Of a stretch of DNA of 33,652 nucleotides, positions 1 to 8,178 are shown piece by piece. The stretch is from Candidatus Helarchaeota archaeon. GTDB taxonomy: Archaea; Asgardarchaeota; Lokiarchaeia; Helarchaeales; RDOG01. Every line of letters starts with the position of its first letter. Position 1 is the first letter of the stretch. Both the position numbers and the translations under genes were made by a program. The stretch covers positions 1-33,652 of the forward strand of contig JALGVI010000029.1 of assembly GCA_029838215.1 (NCBI GenBank), in the 5' to 3' direction. The notes under the pieces were generated by a model, which worked only from the letters and a program-made list of their open reading frames with translations, made no database searches and was not told the DNA's origin.

Positions 1-1
1 T

Positions 2-121
2 AGAGGAATGACGCTTCATGAAAATGACAAAAAGATCGGTTCTTTCACGTTTCCTGCAACAGATCCGTTCTGGGAAGCATATTTTAAAGCCATTCAATAT
101 TCTGAGGATTCTAATCAATGA
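2..121 (+). CDS. 3' end of an unidentified gene truncated by the window edge
   Basis: Open frame from the window start (RGMTLHENDKKIGSFTFPATDPFWEAYFKAIQYSEDSNQ*). Its TGA (119-121) overlaps the next ATG (118-120) as ATGA, typical of translational coupling. Confidence 0.6.
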   Translation, partial: RGMTLHENDKKIGSFTFPATDPFWEAYFKAIQYSEDSNQ

Positions 122-708
122 GTGAAGATGAAAAACAAGATTTTGTCTTGGGAAATTTATGCCGAGCATTGAGAATTCTAGAGAATAGTGAGCATTTTTA
201 TAAATTAATTCCCGAAGTCAGGATTAATTTTGTTTTTGCATTGCAAGACGCAAGAAAACCGCTCGATGTTGCAGCCATTCCTGGTCGTATCACGGCGTTC
301 AATGGCCGGTTACAAGTTCCCAGTTATCCCCAGTTCGGAAGTTCGGATCACATGGCTCGAGCCATGATCGAAATAATGAAATTTGATCCGAAAAAACGAG
401 CGGGCATCAATTTTAAATACACGGAGCAATTACAAGTTTGGATCGAGAAATTTTGCAATCAAAATGACCTGACTTTCGGAATGATTGACAGGCACGATGA
501 ACATGCAGGCATTCGAACTGAAGATGGACGATCAATGCCGTGGAAGATCAAGAAATTAGTTGAATCGAGCAACGGACTAGTCCCAGATGTTTTTTATGAG
601 AATGAGGCACTTGGAAAAGAACCACTATTCGTCCTAGTTGGCAATTCTGCAATAAGCGTGGCGGAGGATGTCGTGTCTATCGCCGACGGTTATTTTAATC
701 AGAAATAA
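118..708 (+). CDS. thiN: Thiamine-phosphate synthase, archaeal ThiN family (standalone)
   Basis: Family motifs LIPEVRINFVFA, DVAAIPGRIT, PQFGSSDHMAR, INFKY and GKEP; no N-terminal ThiD or HTH domain. Confidence 0.85.
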   Translation: MSEDEKQDFVLGNLCRALRILENSEHFYKLIPEVRINFVFALQDARKPLDVAAIPGRITAFNGRLQVPSYPQFGSSDHMARAMIEIMKFDPKKRAGINFKYTEQLQVWIEKFCNQNDLTFGMIDRHDEHAGIRTEDGRSMPWKIKKLVESSNGLVPDVFYENEALGKEPLFVLVGNSAISVAEDVVSIADGYFNQK

Positions 709-752
709 ACCGTTCGAAGACCTAGTAAATCAAGACATTTTTTACGAGTTGA

Positions 753-827
753 GCAGGTATGTCCGAGTGGTTTAGGAAGCGGTCTGCAGAACCGCCTACG
801 AGAGTTCAATTCTCTCTACCTGCTCCA
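753..827 (+). tRNA. tRNA-Cys (anticodon GCA), CCA encoded, no intron
   Basis: Acceptor GCAGGTA(753-759)/TACCTGC(817-823); D-loop AGTGGTTTA; anticodon stem GCGGT/ACCGC with loop CT-GCA-GA (GCA 786-788); T arm GAGAG-TTCAATT-CTCTC; U73 discriminator then CCA. Confidence 0.97.
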
Positions 828-902
828 ATACTTAATTTTCTTGATTTCAATTCTGATCTTTATTACTCCCACTCATTCTTTTGCTGGAAAAAATGAGTAA
901 AA

Positions 903-922
903 TTTAAATACATTCATGAATG
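903..922 (+). promoter_or_regulatory. Candidate TATA box (TTTAAATA) with abutting perfect 12-bp palindrome CATTCATGAATG
   Basis: TTTAAATA at 903-910 directly followed by the palindrome at 911-922, upstream of metY. Function is inferred. Confidence 0.4.
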
Positions 923-996
923 ATCAAATTATAATTTCCAATGGTAATAACATGACGGTGTCATCATTACTCTTAGTAATATGGAAGTGAAAAAAA

Positions 997-2268
997 ATGA
1001 AATGGCGATTCGAAACAATAACGCTACATGGTGGACAGGTTCCTGATGATAAAACATTATCTCGAGCACCTCCGATATATCAGACGACTTCTTACGTGTT
1101 TAAAAACCCTCAGCACGCTGCAGACTTGTTTGCGTTAAAGACACCCGGGAATATATACACGAGAATCATGAACCCTACAACTGCCATATTTGAAGAGCGT
1201 GTCGCTTTACTTGAGAAAGGTATTGCTGGTTTGGCGACTGCCTCGGGTCAAGCCGCTGAAGCGATATCCATGTTGAACATCACGAAAAATGGCGAAGAAA
1301 TTGTTTCTTCAAGTGAAATCTATGGCGGAACTTTCAATTTATTAAATCATACGTTGAGGAAAGTTGGGATAAAAACCCATTTTGTAGATCCCTCGGACCC
1401 CGAAAATTTTACTACCAAGATAAATCAAAAAACTCGATTGATCTTCATAGAGACCTTGGGAAATCCAAAATTAAATGTTTTAGACATTAAAGCAATTGCA
1501 AAAATTGCACACGAGCATGAAATCCCGCTTTTCATTGATAACACGGTTCCCACTCCATATCTTTGTAACCCAATCGAACATGGTGCTGATATTGTTCTTC
1601 ATTCTGCAACGAAATTCATTGGAGGTCATGGTACTTCTATTGGCGGCATCATCATTGATTCTGGCAATTTCGAATGGGATAATGGCAAGTTTCCAGAATT
1701 AACGGAACCTGATGAAAATTATCACGGTCTGATTTATAAGGAATCGTTTGGGAAAGCTGCATTCATTGCAAAGACAAGAGTGCATCTTTTAAGGGATTAC
1801 GGACCTGCTTTAAGCCCATTCAATTCCTTCTTGTTCCTTCAAGGACTCGAAACTCTTCCGTTGAGAATGGAACGGCACTGTCAAAATGCTTTGGAAGTCG
1901 CCAAATATCTAGAATCTCATCAAAAAGTCAACTGGGTTAATTATCCCGGCTTGCCTTCTAATTCAAATCATGAGATCGCAAAAAAATATCTGAAGCACGG
2001 CTTTTGTTCCCTGATAGGTTTTGGAATAAAAGGTGGGAAAGAAGCTGGAATCAAGTTTATTAAATCCGTAAAGCTCTTCTCACATCTAGCAAATATTGGG
2101 GATGCAAAGTCTCTCTGCATTCATCCTGCATCAACAACACATCAACAACTGACGAGAGAAGAGCAGGAAAGTACTGGTGTTACTGAAGATTACATCCGAT
2201 TATCAATTGGTATTGAAAACGTGCAGGATTTAATTGAAGACCTCGAACAAGCATTAAATCAGATTTAG
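997..2268 (+). CDS. metY: O-acetylhomoserine/O-acetylserine sulfhydrylase (aminocarboxypropyltransferase)
   Basis: [32 protein letters not shown]-lysine motif [32 protein letters not shown]. Confidence 0.95.
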   Translation: MKWRFETITLHGGQVPDDKTLSRAPPIYQTTSYVFKNPQHAADLFALKTPGNIYTRIMNPTTAIFEERVALLEKGIAGLATASGQAAEAISMLNITKNGEEIVSSSEIYGGTFNLLNHTLRKVGIKTHFVDPSDPENFTTKINQKTRLIFIETLGNPKLNVLDIKAIAKIAHEHEIPLFIDNTVPTPYLCNPIEHGADIVLHSATKFIGGHGTSIGGIIIDSGNFEWDNGKFPELTEPDENYHGLIYKESFGKAAFIAKTRVHLLRDYGPALSPFNSFLFLQGLETLPLRMERHCQNALEVAKYLESHQKVNWVNYPGLPSNSNHEIAKKYLKHGFCSLIGFGIKGGKEAGIKFIKSVKLFSHLANIGDAKSLCIHPASTTHQQLTREEQESTGVTEDYIRLSIGIENVQDLIEDLEQALNQI

Positions 2269-3395
2269 TGAAAAACATGACGATGGTAAATTTTCAAGGA
2301 ACGAAATATTTGAATCTAAAAAGAGGCGTGGAGCTCGAAAACGGAAGAAGACTTCGGGACGTGAGCGTGGCATATGAAACGATTGGAAACTTAAACAAGG
2401 ACAAACCCAATGCCATCTTGATCTTTCACGCACTCTCTGGAAGCGCACACGTATATAAGAATGGAAGCAAGCAAAAGGGTTGGTGGGATGCCATGATCGG
2501 TCCAAACAAACCCTTTGATCCCACAAGGTATTTCATCATTTGCTCCAATATACTTGGCTCTTGCTACGGGACGACAGGTCCATCCTCCATAAATCCCGAA
2601 ACAGGAAAACCCTATGGACTTGAGTTCCCCTTTGTATCCGTTCATGACATGGTCAAAATCCAAAAATACCTGATCGATTTTTTGGGCATAAAAAAATTGC
2701 TTGCTGTAACTGGTGGCTCTCTAGGTGGAATGCAGGCTTTAGAATGGTCCGTTTCATATCCTGATTCCGTGAAAACTGTCATTCCTATCGCAACAACATT
2801 ACGAACATCTGCTCAAAACATTGCTTTTCACGAAGTCGGTCGTCAAGCAATTTATTCCGATCCAAATTGGAATAATGGCGACTACTATAATGGAGGGGTG
2901 TTTCCCAAACACGGACTTTCTGTTGCACGAATGGTCGGTCACATTACTTATTTGAGTGAAAATTCCATGAAGCAAAAATTCGGACGACGATTTCGAAAGA
3001 ATAATTCATCAAATGGCATCGATTCTCAATTCCAAGTCGAGAGCTATTTAAACTATAAAGGATTTTCTTTTACAAATAGGTTTGACGCGAATTCTTACAT
3101 TTACATTACCAAGGCCATCGATCATTTCGATTTGGGAACTAAGGATGCTCTATTGCGATTTAAAAATACGGATGCCCGGTTTCTCGTTCTTTCATTTAGT
3201 TCGGATTGGTTATATCCCAGTCATCAATCAAAAAGAATAGTCAGCACTCTAAAACGAAATCAAGTAGACGTGAGTTTTTGCGAAATCGATTCAAATTATG
3301 GACACGATGCCTTTCTTTTACCATCAACGAATGGACTTTACGAAAAAATTCTTACCGATTTCTTGAGAAAATCATTTGAGGAAGAAGGTGATTAA
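2268..3395 (+). CDS. metX: Homoserine O-acyltransferase, MetX family (ATG 2277 is an alternative start)
   Basis: HALSG, GWWDAMIG, SNILGSCYGTTGP, nucleophile elbow GGSLGG, SSDWLYP (Asp), GHDAFL (His), RFDANSY. Confidence 0.95.
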   Translation: MKNMTMVNFQGTKYLNLKRGVELENGRRLRDVSVAYETIGNLNKDKPNAILIFHALSGSAHVYKNGSKQKGWWDAMIGPNKPFDPTRYFIICSNILGSCYGTTGPSSINPETGKPYGLEFPFVSVHDMVKIQKYLIDFLGIKKLLAVTGGSLGGMQALEWSVSYPDSVKTVIPIATTLRTSAQNIAFHEVGRQAIYSDPNWNNGDYYNGGVFPKHGLSVARMVGHITYLSENSMKQKFGRRFRKNNSSNGIDSQFQVESYLNYKGFSFTNRFDANSYIYITKAIDHFDLGTKDALLRFKNTDARFLVLSFSSDWLYPSHQSKRIVSTLKRNQVDVSFCEIDSNYGHDAFLLPSTNGLYEKILTDFLRKSFEEEGD

Positions 3396-3396
3396 C

Positions 3397-3996
3397 ATGC
3401 TGAGTAGTTTGAGATACGATCTAAAAATAATTTACAATCTCATTCCTGAAGGATCAAAAGTTTTGGATATTGGATGTGGAAATGGAGAGCTTTTAGATTG
3501 CCTTACGAAAAGAAAGAAATTAAAGGCAATTGGTATAGAAATTAATGAATTGAAAGTCGCAAAATGCATTTCGAAAGGTCTGAATGTGATTCAATCCGAT
3601 GTAACTGAAGGATTGCAAGACTATCCCGATAATTCTTTTGATCAGGTCATTTTAAGCATAATCTTACAAGAAATTGAAAATCCCGTTTCAGTTCTAACGG
3701 AAATGATGAGAATCGGTAAGAGCGTCATTGTTTCCATTAAAAATATTGCAAATTGGAAAAATCGCATTAATTTTTTGCTCAACGGGAATCTTGCTCTAAC
3801 TGAAGGAACAAGTGAAAAATTCACCAGGCAGGGTCTTTTCCTTTCAAATATAAGGAATTTTAAAAGATTTTGTAAGGAAAACAAGTTTAAAATCATCAAA
3901 CAAACTTACATTTCGAATAACTTTGGAACGTATTTCACGGTATTTAATTCGTTTTTTGCAGAAATTGCAATATTTGTCTTAAAAAAAGGTAGGTGA
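3397..3996 (+). CDS. metW: Methionine biosynthesis protein MetW (SAM-dependent methyltransferase-like)
   Basis: VLDIGCGNG SAM motif, GLNVIQSD, YPDNSFDQVILS; directly after metX as is typical; ribosome site AAGGTGA before ATG 3397. Confidence 0.88.
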   Translation: MLSSLRYDLKIIYNLIPEGSKVLDIGCGNGELLDCLTKRKKLKAIGIEINELKVAKCISKGLNVIQSDVTEGLQDYPDNSFDQVILSIILQEIENPVSVLTEMMRIGKSVIVSIKNIANWKNRINFLLNGNLALTEGTSEKFTRQGLFLSNIRNFKRFCKENKFKIIKQTYISNNFGTYFTVFNSFFAEIAIFVLKKGR

Positions 3997-4001
3997 AAAA
4001 A

Positions 4002-4928
4002 ATGTCAAAAATTTTTGAAAATATCATTAAAACTATAGGGAACACGCCCATCGTAAAGCTAGGACGAATGGGGGATAGTGTAAAACCAACGGTTTTGGTG
4101 AAACTAGAAGCGTTTAATCCTGCGGGAAGCGTGAAGGATCGCATTGCAATGGCAATGATCGAAGCTGCCGAAAAAGCAGGAATAATAACTCCTGAAAAAA
4201 GTCATATTGTCGAACCCACGAGCGGTAATACGGGCATCGGGTTGGCAATGGTGTGCGCTGCGAAAGGATATAAACTGACACTGACAATGCCCGAGAGCAT
4301 GTCCATCGAACGACGGAAAATCTTGAAAGCATTCGGTGCTAATCTCGTGTTAACAGAAGCAAGTGGTGGAATGAAAGGTGCTGTCAAGAAAGCAGTAGAA
4401 TTAGCCAATAATTCAGATAGAATTTACATTCCACAACAATTCAAGAACATCGCCAATCCCGAGATTCATCGAAAAACAACTGCGAGAGAGATATTTGAGG
4501 CAACGGGTACCAATTTACAGGCGGTCGTGGCGGGTGTTGGAACTGGTGGCACCGTAACGGGTGTCGGAGAAGTATTGAAGAAAAAAATCCCCGGAATCAA
4601 AATTTATGCCGTGGAGCCAGAAGAATCCCCAGTTCTTTCGGGAGGAAAACCCGGTTCACATAAAATACAAGGAATCGGAGCCGGCTTCATCCCTGAAGTG
4701 CTAAACACGGCAATATATGGTGAAGTGATAACGATAAATTATGATGAAGCACAAAAAACAGCACGAGACTTGGCAAAACTGGAAGGAATATTTGTAGGAA
4801 TATCCTCTGGAGCCATTCTCAACGCCACGCTGAAGGTCGCAGAAAATTTCGAAAAAGATCAATTCGTTTTAGGAATCTTGCCCGATACTGGTGAACGATA
4901 TTTATCCACGGAATTATGGAACCTCTAA
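4002..4928 (+). CDS. cysK: Cysteine synthase A (O-acetylserine sulfhydrylase)
   Basis: IGNTPIV, KLEAFNPAGSVKDR (PLP Lys), EPTSGNTGIGLA, GTGGT, HKIQGIGAG, PDTGERYLST; AGGTGA before ATG 4002. Confidence 0.95.
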   Translation: MSKIFENIIKTIGNTPIVKLGRMGDSVKPTVLVKLEAFNPAGSVKDRIAMAMIEAAEKAGIITPEKSHIVEPTSGNTGIGLAMVCAAKGYKLTLTMPESMSIERRKILKAFGANLVLTEASGGMKGAVKKAVELANNSDRIYIPQQFKNIANPEIHRKTTAREIFEATGTNLQAVVAGVGTGGTVTGVGEVLKKKIPGIKIYAVEPEESPVLSGGKPGSHKIQGIGAGFIPEVLNTAIYGEVITINYDEAQKTARDLAKLEGIFVGISSGAILNATLKVAENFEKDQFVLGILPDTGERYLSTELWNL

Positions 4929-4938
4929 AAATGTTCAA

Positions 4939-4948
4939 TTTTTTTTTT
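4939..4948 (+). terminator. Oligo(T) terminator of the met/cys operon
   Basis: T10 run 10 nt after the cysK stop. Confidence 0.6.
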
Positions 4949-5061
4949 GGGGGGCGAAACTATCGGCAACAAATACGTCATGCTTTTTTAACAATGAGTT
5001 CAATATTACAAATTAAATGAAAAATTAGACAACTGAAGATAACATGCCAAGGTGATAAATC

Positions 5062-5499
5062 ATGCCAGAAGAATTGAGAACCAAAGTGAGCATTGTTTTA
5101 GAAAAGGAAATGCTGTTCAAGTGTGATATCGGAGAAATGAAAGTTGAAGAGTGTTATATCGATGAAACCGAGCAGGAAGAAGCAGAACGGCTTGGACCTG
5201 ATCCTGCAAAATTACTAGGATTATCCGTTCTCGGATGCATGGCTGCGAGTTTCCTCTTTTGCATTGAGAAACGAAAACTGGTCCTTGAAGACTTCAAGGG
5301 CGAAGCAGAAGTAGTTGTCATAAAAAATGAAAAAGATCTCTATCGTGTAAAGGAAATCAATGTAAAATTGCAACCAAATACATCAGATCCTGCCCTTGTC
5401 AAAAGAATTGGCCAATGCAAGAACCTTTTCGAATCACACTGCACGATAACGGAGTCTATTAGAAAAGGAATCAAAGTCAACGTTGATCTTGATTTATGA
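5062..5499 (+). CDS. OsmC/Ohr-like protein
   Basis: GPDPAKLLGLSVLGC (first Cys) and HCTITESIR (second Cys) match the OsmC-like pattern; ribosome site AAGGTGA. Confidence 0.8.
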   Translation: MPEELRTKVSIVLEKEMLFKCDIGEMKVEECYIDETEQEEAERLGPDPAKLLGLSVLGCMAASFLFCIEKRKLVLEDFKGEAEVVVIKNEKDLYRVKEINVKLQPNTSDPALVKRIGQCKNLFESHCTITESIRKGIKVNVDLDL

Positions 5500-5543
5500 A
5501 CCCTGAAATGGTGTTTTCTCGGTAAGCTCGGGGAGAATTAGAA

Positions 5544-6365
5544 ATGTTTGGTTTTAGTAAAGAACAGATAAGAAGATATGGAAGACAAATCGTCCTACCT
5601 GATGTCGGTGGATCGGGACAAAAAAAAATTCAAGGCTCTTCTGTCTTAATAATTGGCGTGGGAGGATTGGGGAGCATTGCAAGCATGTATTTGGCGGCTG
5701 CGGGTGTTGGAAAAATCGGTTTGGTGGACAGTGATGTTGTTGATCTAAGCAACTTGCATAGACAGATAATTTATTCAACGGGTGATATTGGGGAATTGAA
5801 AGTTGATGCCGCATCCAACGTCTTGAAGGAGATAAATCCCGAGATTCGCATTGACAAAATTCCACAAAAACTTACTCCTAAAAACGCCCGATCTTTAGTA
5901 AAGAAATACGACATGATTATCGATGGAACGGATAATTTTCCCGCAAAATACCTCATCAATGATGCGTGCGTCTTGGAAAGAAAACCATTTGTAATGGCGG
6001 GAGTCTTGCAATATGAAGGTCAGGTCATCACGGTAATACCACGTCAAACCGCTTGTTACAGGTGCATTTTTCCAAACATGCCAACTCCTGGTTTGATCCC
6101 AAATTGCAGTGAAGCAGGGGTTCTTGGTCCCATCCCTGGTTTTGCTGCGTGTTTACAAGCCACGGAAGCTTTAAAATTCATGCTTGGGCATGGGACACGA
6201 TTATTAACGGATAAAATGTTCATTTTTAACCTGCAATATTCGGATTTTCGACTTATTCGATTTGAGCGTGATGAAGAATGTCCGACTTGCGGAAATCATG
6301 CAAAAGATTATCTCGATGAACGAGATTATGAAGAAAATAACGAGTGCAGGTCTGAAGAAGCTTGA
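5544..6365 (+). CDS. ThiF/MoeB/HesA family E1-like adenylyltransferase, active-site Cys present
   Basis: RYGRQI, GVGGLG, DSDVVDLSNLHRQ, DGTDNF, zinc pairs CYRC and CPTC, crossover-loop PNCSEAGVLG. Confidence 0.92.
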   Translation: MFGFSKEQIRRYGRQIVLPDVGGSGQKKIQGSSVLIIGVGGLGSIASMYLAAAGVGKIGLVDSDVVDLSNLHRQIIYSTGDIGELKVDAASNVLKEINPEIRIDKIPQKLTPKNARSLVKKYDMIIDGTDNFPAKYLINDACVLERKPFVMAGVLQYEGQVITVIPRQTACYRCIFPNMPTPGLIPNCSEAGVLGPIPGFAACLQATEALKFMLGHGTRLLTDKMFIFNLQYSDFRLIRFERDEECPTCGNHAKDYLDERDYEENNECRSEEA

Positions 6366-6613
6366 AGAAAATGAAAGAATTCAAAACGAAGAACGTGTTA
6401 AATCTCGAAGGTGAAGTATGCCCATTCACGTTTGTTTATACAAAATTAAAACTGGAAGAAATGGACAAAGATGAACTGCTAGAAGTGATAATCGACTATG
6501 AATTAGCAATAGAGAACGTTCCACGTAGCGTTGTCTCGCAAAATTTGGGAAAATGCTTGGATATAGTGAAGGTCGGTGATAAAAAATGGAAGCTTCTCAT
6601 TCAAAGAATTTGA
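6362..6613 (+). CDS. tusA: TusA/SirA-like sulfur carrier protein (ATG 6371 is an alternative start)
   Basis: LNLEGEVCPFTFVYTKLKL (CPxP-like motif), LEVIID, ENVPRS; about 80 aa; overlaps the ThiF stop. Confidence 0.85.
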   Translation: MKKMKEFKTKNVLNLEGEVCPFTFVYTKLKLEEMDKDELLEVIIDYELAIENVPRSVVSQNLGKCLDIVKVGDKKWKLLIQRI

Positions 6614-6671
6614 TTTTACTTGATTTTTCGAAAATCGAAGATAACACGATACAAGGACACGTGAAAAACCA

Positions 6672-7307
6672 ATGACGCAAGGATTTGAGGAATATTTGCA
6701 CGTAATTCAATCCCTATTTCAGGAAAATCTCTTTCTACCCGTTTGTATAAGACTCCTCAAGGAAACCCGACCTGATGCGGTCATTGAAGAGCGTTTCTGT
6801 TCTGCCGTTTTGAAAGCTTCTAAAGGAGCCAAACTGGTTGTCAAGGACTTTTCCGAATGCTTGACTCCCGTAACGATGCTCGGTCTAGAGCAACCAAAAT
6901 ATACTGATCACCCCTTTCGCATTAAGCCCGCGACAACAAAAGCATTGAAGCTGGCACCTTTGGGAAAAATGGATGATTTCGACATCATTCTTTTCATTGT
7001 AAATCCCAGACAAGCCATGGACCTTGGATTGGCCGTTCAAATGCTAACAGGAAAGGGAGTTGAAACCAGTTTCAGCGGAACTTCTGCGCTCTGTGGCGAA
7101 GCAACAAGTCGAGTAATCATGACAAATAAGCCTCATGTCTCATTTCTTTGTAATGGAGCAAGATTATTCGTCAATTTCCCTGACGAATATTTGGTGATAG
7201 GAATTCCAAAAAGTTACTTGGATGGGATCATCGAAAAATTAAAGAAAATTGATGAAAGCCGTGCTTCAATACGAAAAAAACTCCTTAAAAGGTCCAAAAA
7301 CCGCTAA
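6672..7307 (+). CDS. DUF169 (COG2043-like) protein
   Basis: DIILFIVNPRQAMDL, SALCGEA, SFLCNGAR, EYLVIGIP. Confidence 0.75.
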   Translation: MTQGFEEYLHVIQSLFQENLFLPVCIRLLKETRPDAVIEERFCSAVLKASKGAKLVVKDFSECLTPVTMLGLEQPKYTDHPFRIKPATTKALKLAPLGKMDDFDIILFIVNPRQAMDLGLAVQMLTGKGVETSFSGTSALCGEATSRVIMTNKPHVSFLCNGARLFVNFPDEYLVIGIPKSYLDGIIEKLKKIDESRASIRKKLLKRSKNR

Positions 7308-7312
7308 ATCGT

Positions 7313-7912
7313 TCATGCTTTTGTTTTTATTTGTATTTTTTTGTCTTCTTCGATTTTTGTTTTAAGCTGAGAAAGAAATTCTTTATCGTCTTCTTTGAGC
7401 ATCTCAAGGATTTCGCTATTCTTGTCCCGATAAGGACACTCCTCGCAATTTTCGTGCTTTCCACACGTTAACTCGGTCAAGTCCGTCTCAACAAGTCTAT
7501 TTGCAAAATCGTCAAAGAGATTTAGCTTGCCATGAAAATTTTTTACGTCTTTTAGATGTGCTTCCTTAAATAAACAAGCAATTCGTTTAATTTTATTCGA
7601 TAATACTTGCGGATCATCGTCCAGATCCGAAACAAGGACGAATAAAAGGTTATTCATCTCAGGATCTCGAAACAGGAAAAATTTGAAATCTTCAAAATCA
7701 ATTGACTTAATGGAAGATCCTGCAATCTCTTCTGAAAATGAAGACAAAGCCTCCATAAAACCTGCAACCAGCGTGTCTCCACCTGTAAATGACTGACACT
7801 TTCCAAAACACTGTTTTACAAGAGCTGTCCCAGCTAAAATGATGAATAAATTACGAATCACGATTAAATACCAACATGAGATGAGATGATCATTTATTGA
7901 ATGAGTTTTCAA
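7313..7912 (-). CDS. Longin-like domain protein with C-terminal Cys cluster (likely start GTG 7861)
   Basis: IRNLFII..AGTALV, DTLVAGFMEALSSFSEEI, IKSIDF, LFVLVSD follow the Asgard longin/roadblock pattern; CGKHENCEECP follows. Confidence 0.6.
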   Translation of the reverse strand: MKTHSINDHLISCWYLIVIRNLFIILAGTALVKQCFGKCQSFTGGDTLVAGFMEALSSFSEEIAGSSIKSIDFEDFKFFLFRDPEMNNLLFVLVSDLDDDPQVLSNKIKRIACLFKEAHLKDVKNFHGKLNLFDDFANRLVETDLTELTCGKHENCEECPYRDKNSEILEMLKEDDKEFLSQLKTKIEEDKKIQIKTKA

Positions 7913-8178
7913 ATTTTATTTATTGCAGGATTGAAAAGCATTCATTTCTTTAAAATTTATCATTTGGATTTCGCATTTAAAATCGGGGATTGAATTTAGA
8001 CTTCAGTTTCGTTCATGAATGAATTTTCTAGTCAATTCATGGAACTCCACTATGTAAAAATGAATTTAATTCCGTTTAAAATACTGATAGCTAAATAAGA
8101 TATGACAGTGATATACTCGTGTGGATAATTTTATGAGCCTGCAAGAAAATAGAATCCATTTGATAAATTAATAGAGGA

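Noticed and set aside
753-827. tRNA-Cys as an integration (att) site for a sulfur island
   Set aside because: No second copy of the tRNA 3' end, no integrase and no visible compositional break in the window.
916-990. Leader peptide (MNDQ...IWK) or SAM/T-box riboswitch before metY
   Set aside because: No Cys/Met codon run and no S-box or T-box consensus.
118-6365. thiN plus ThiF as a thiamine-thiazole pathway
   Set aside because: No thiS, thiG or thi4 in the window; the E1's neighbours point to amino-acid sulfur metabolism.
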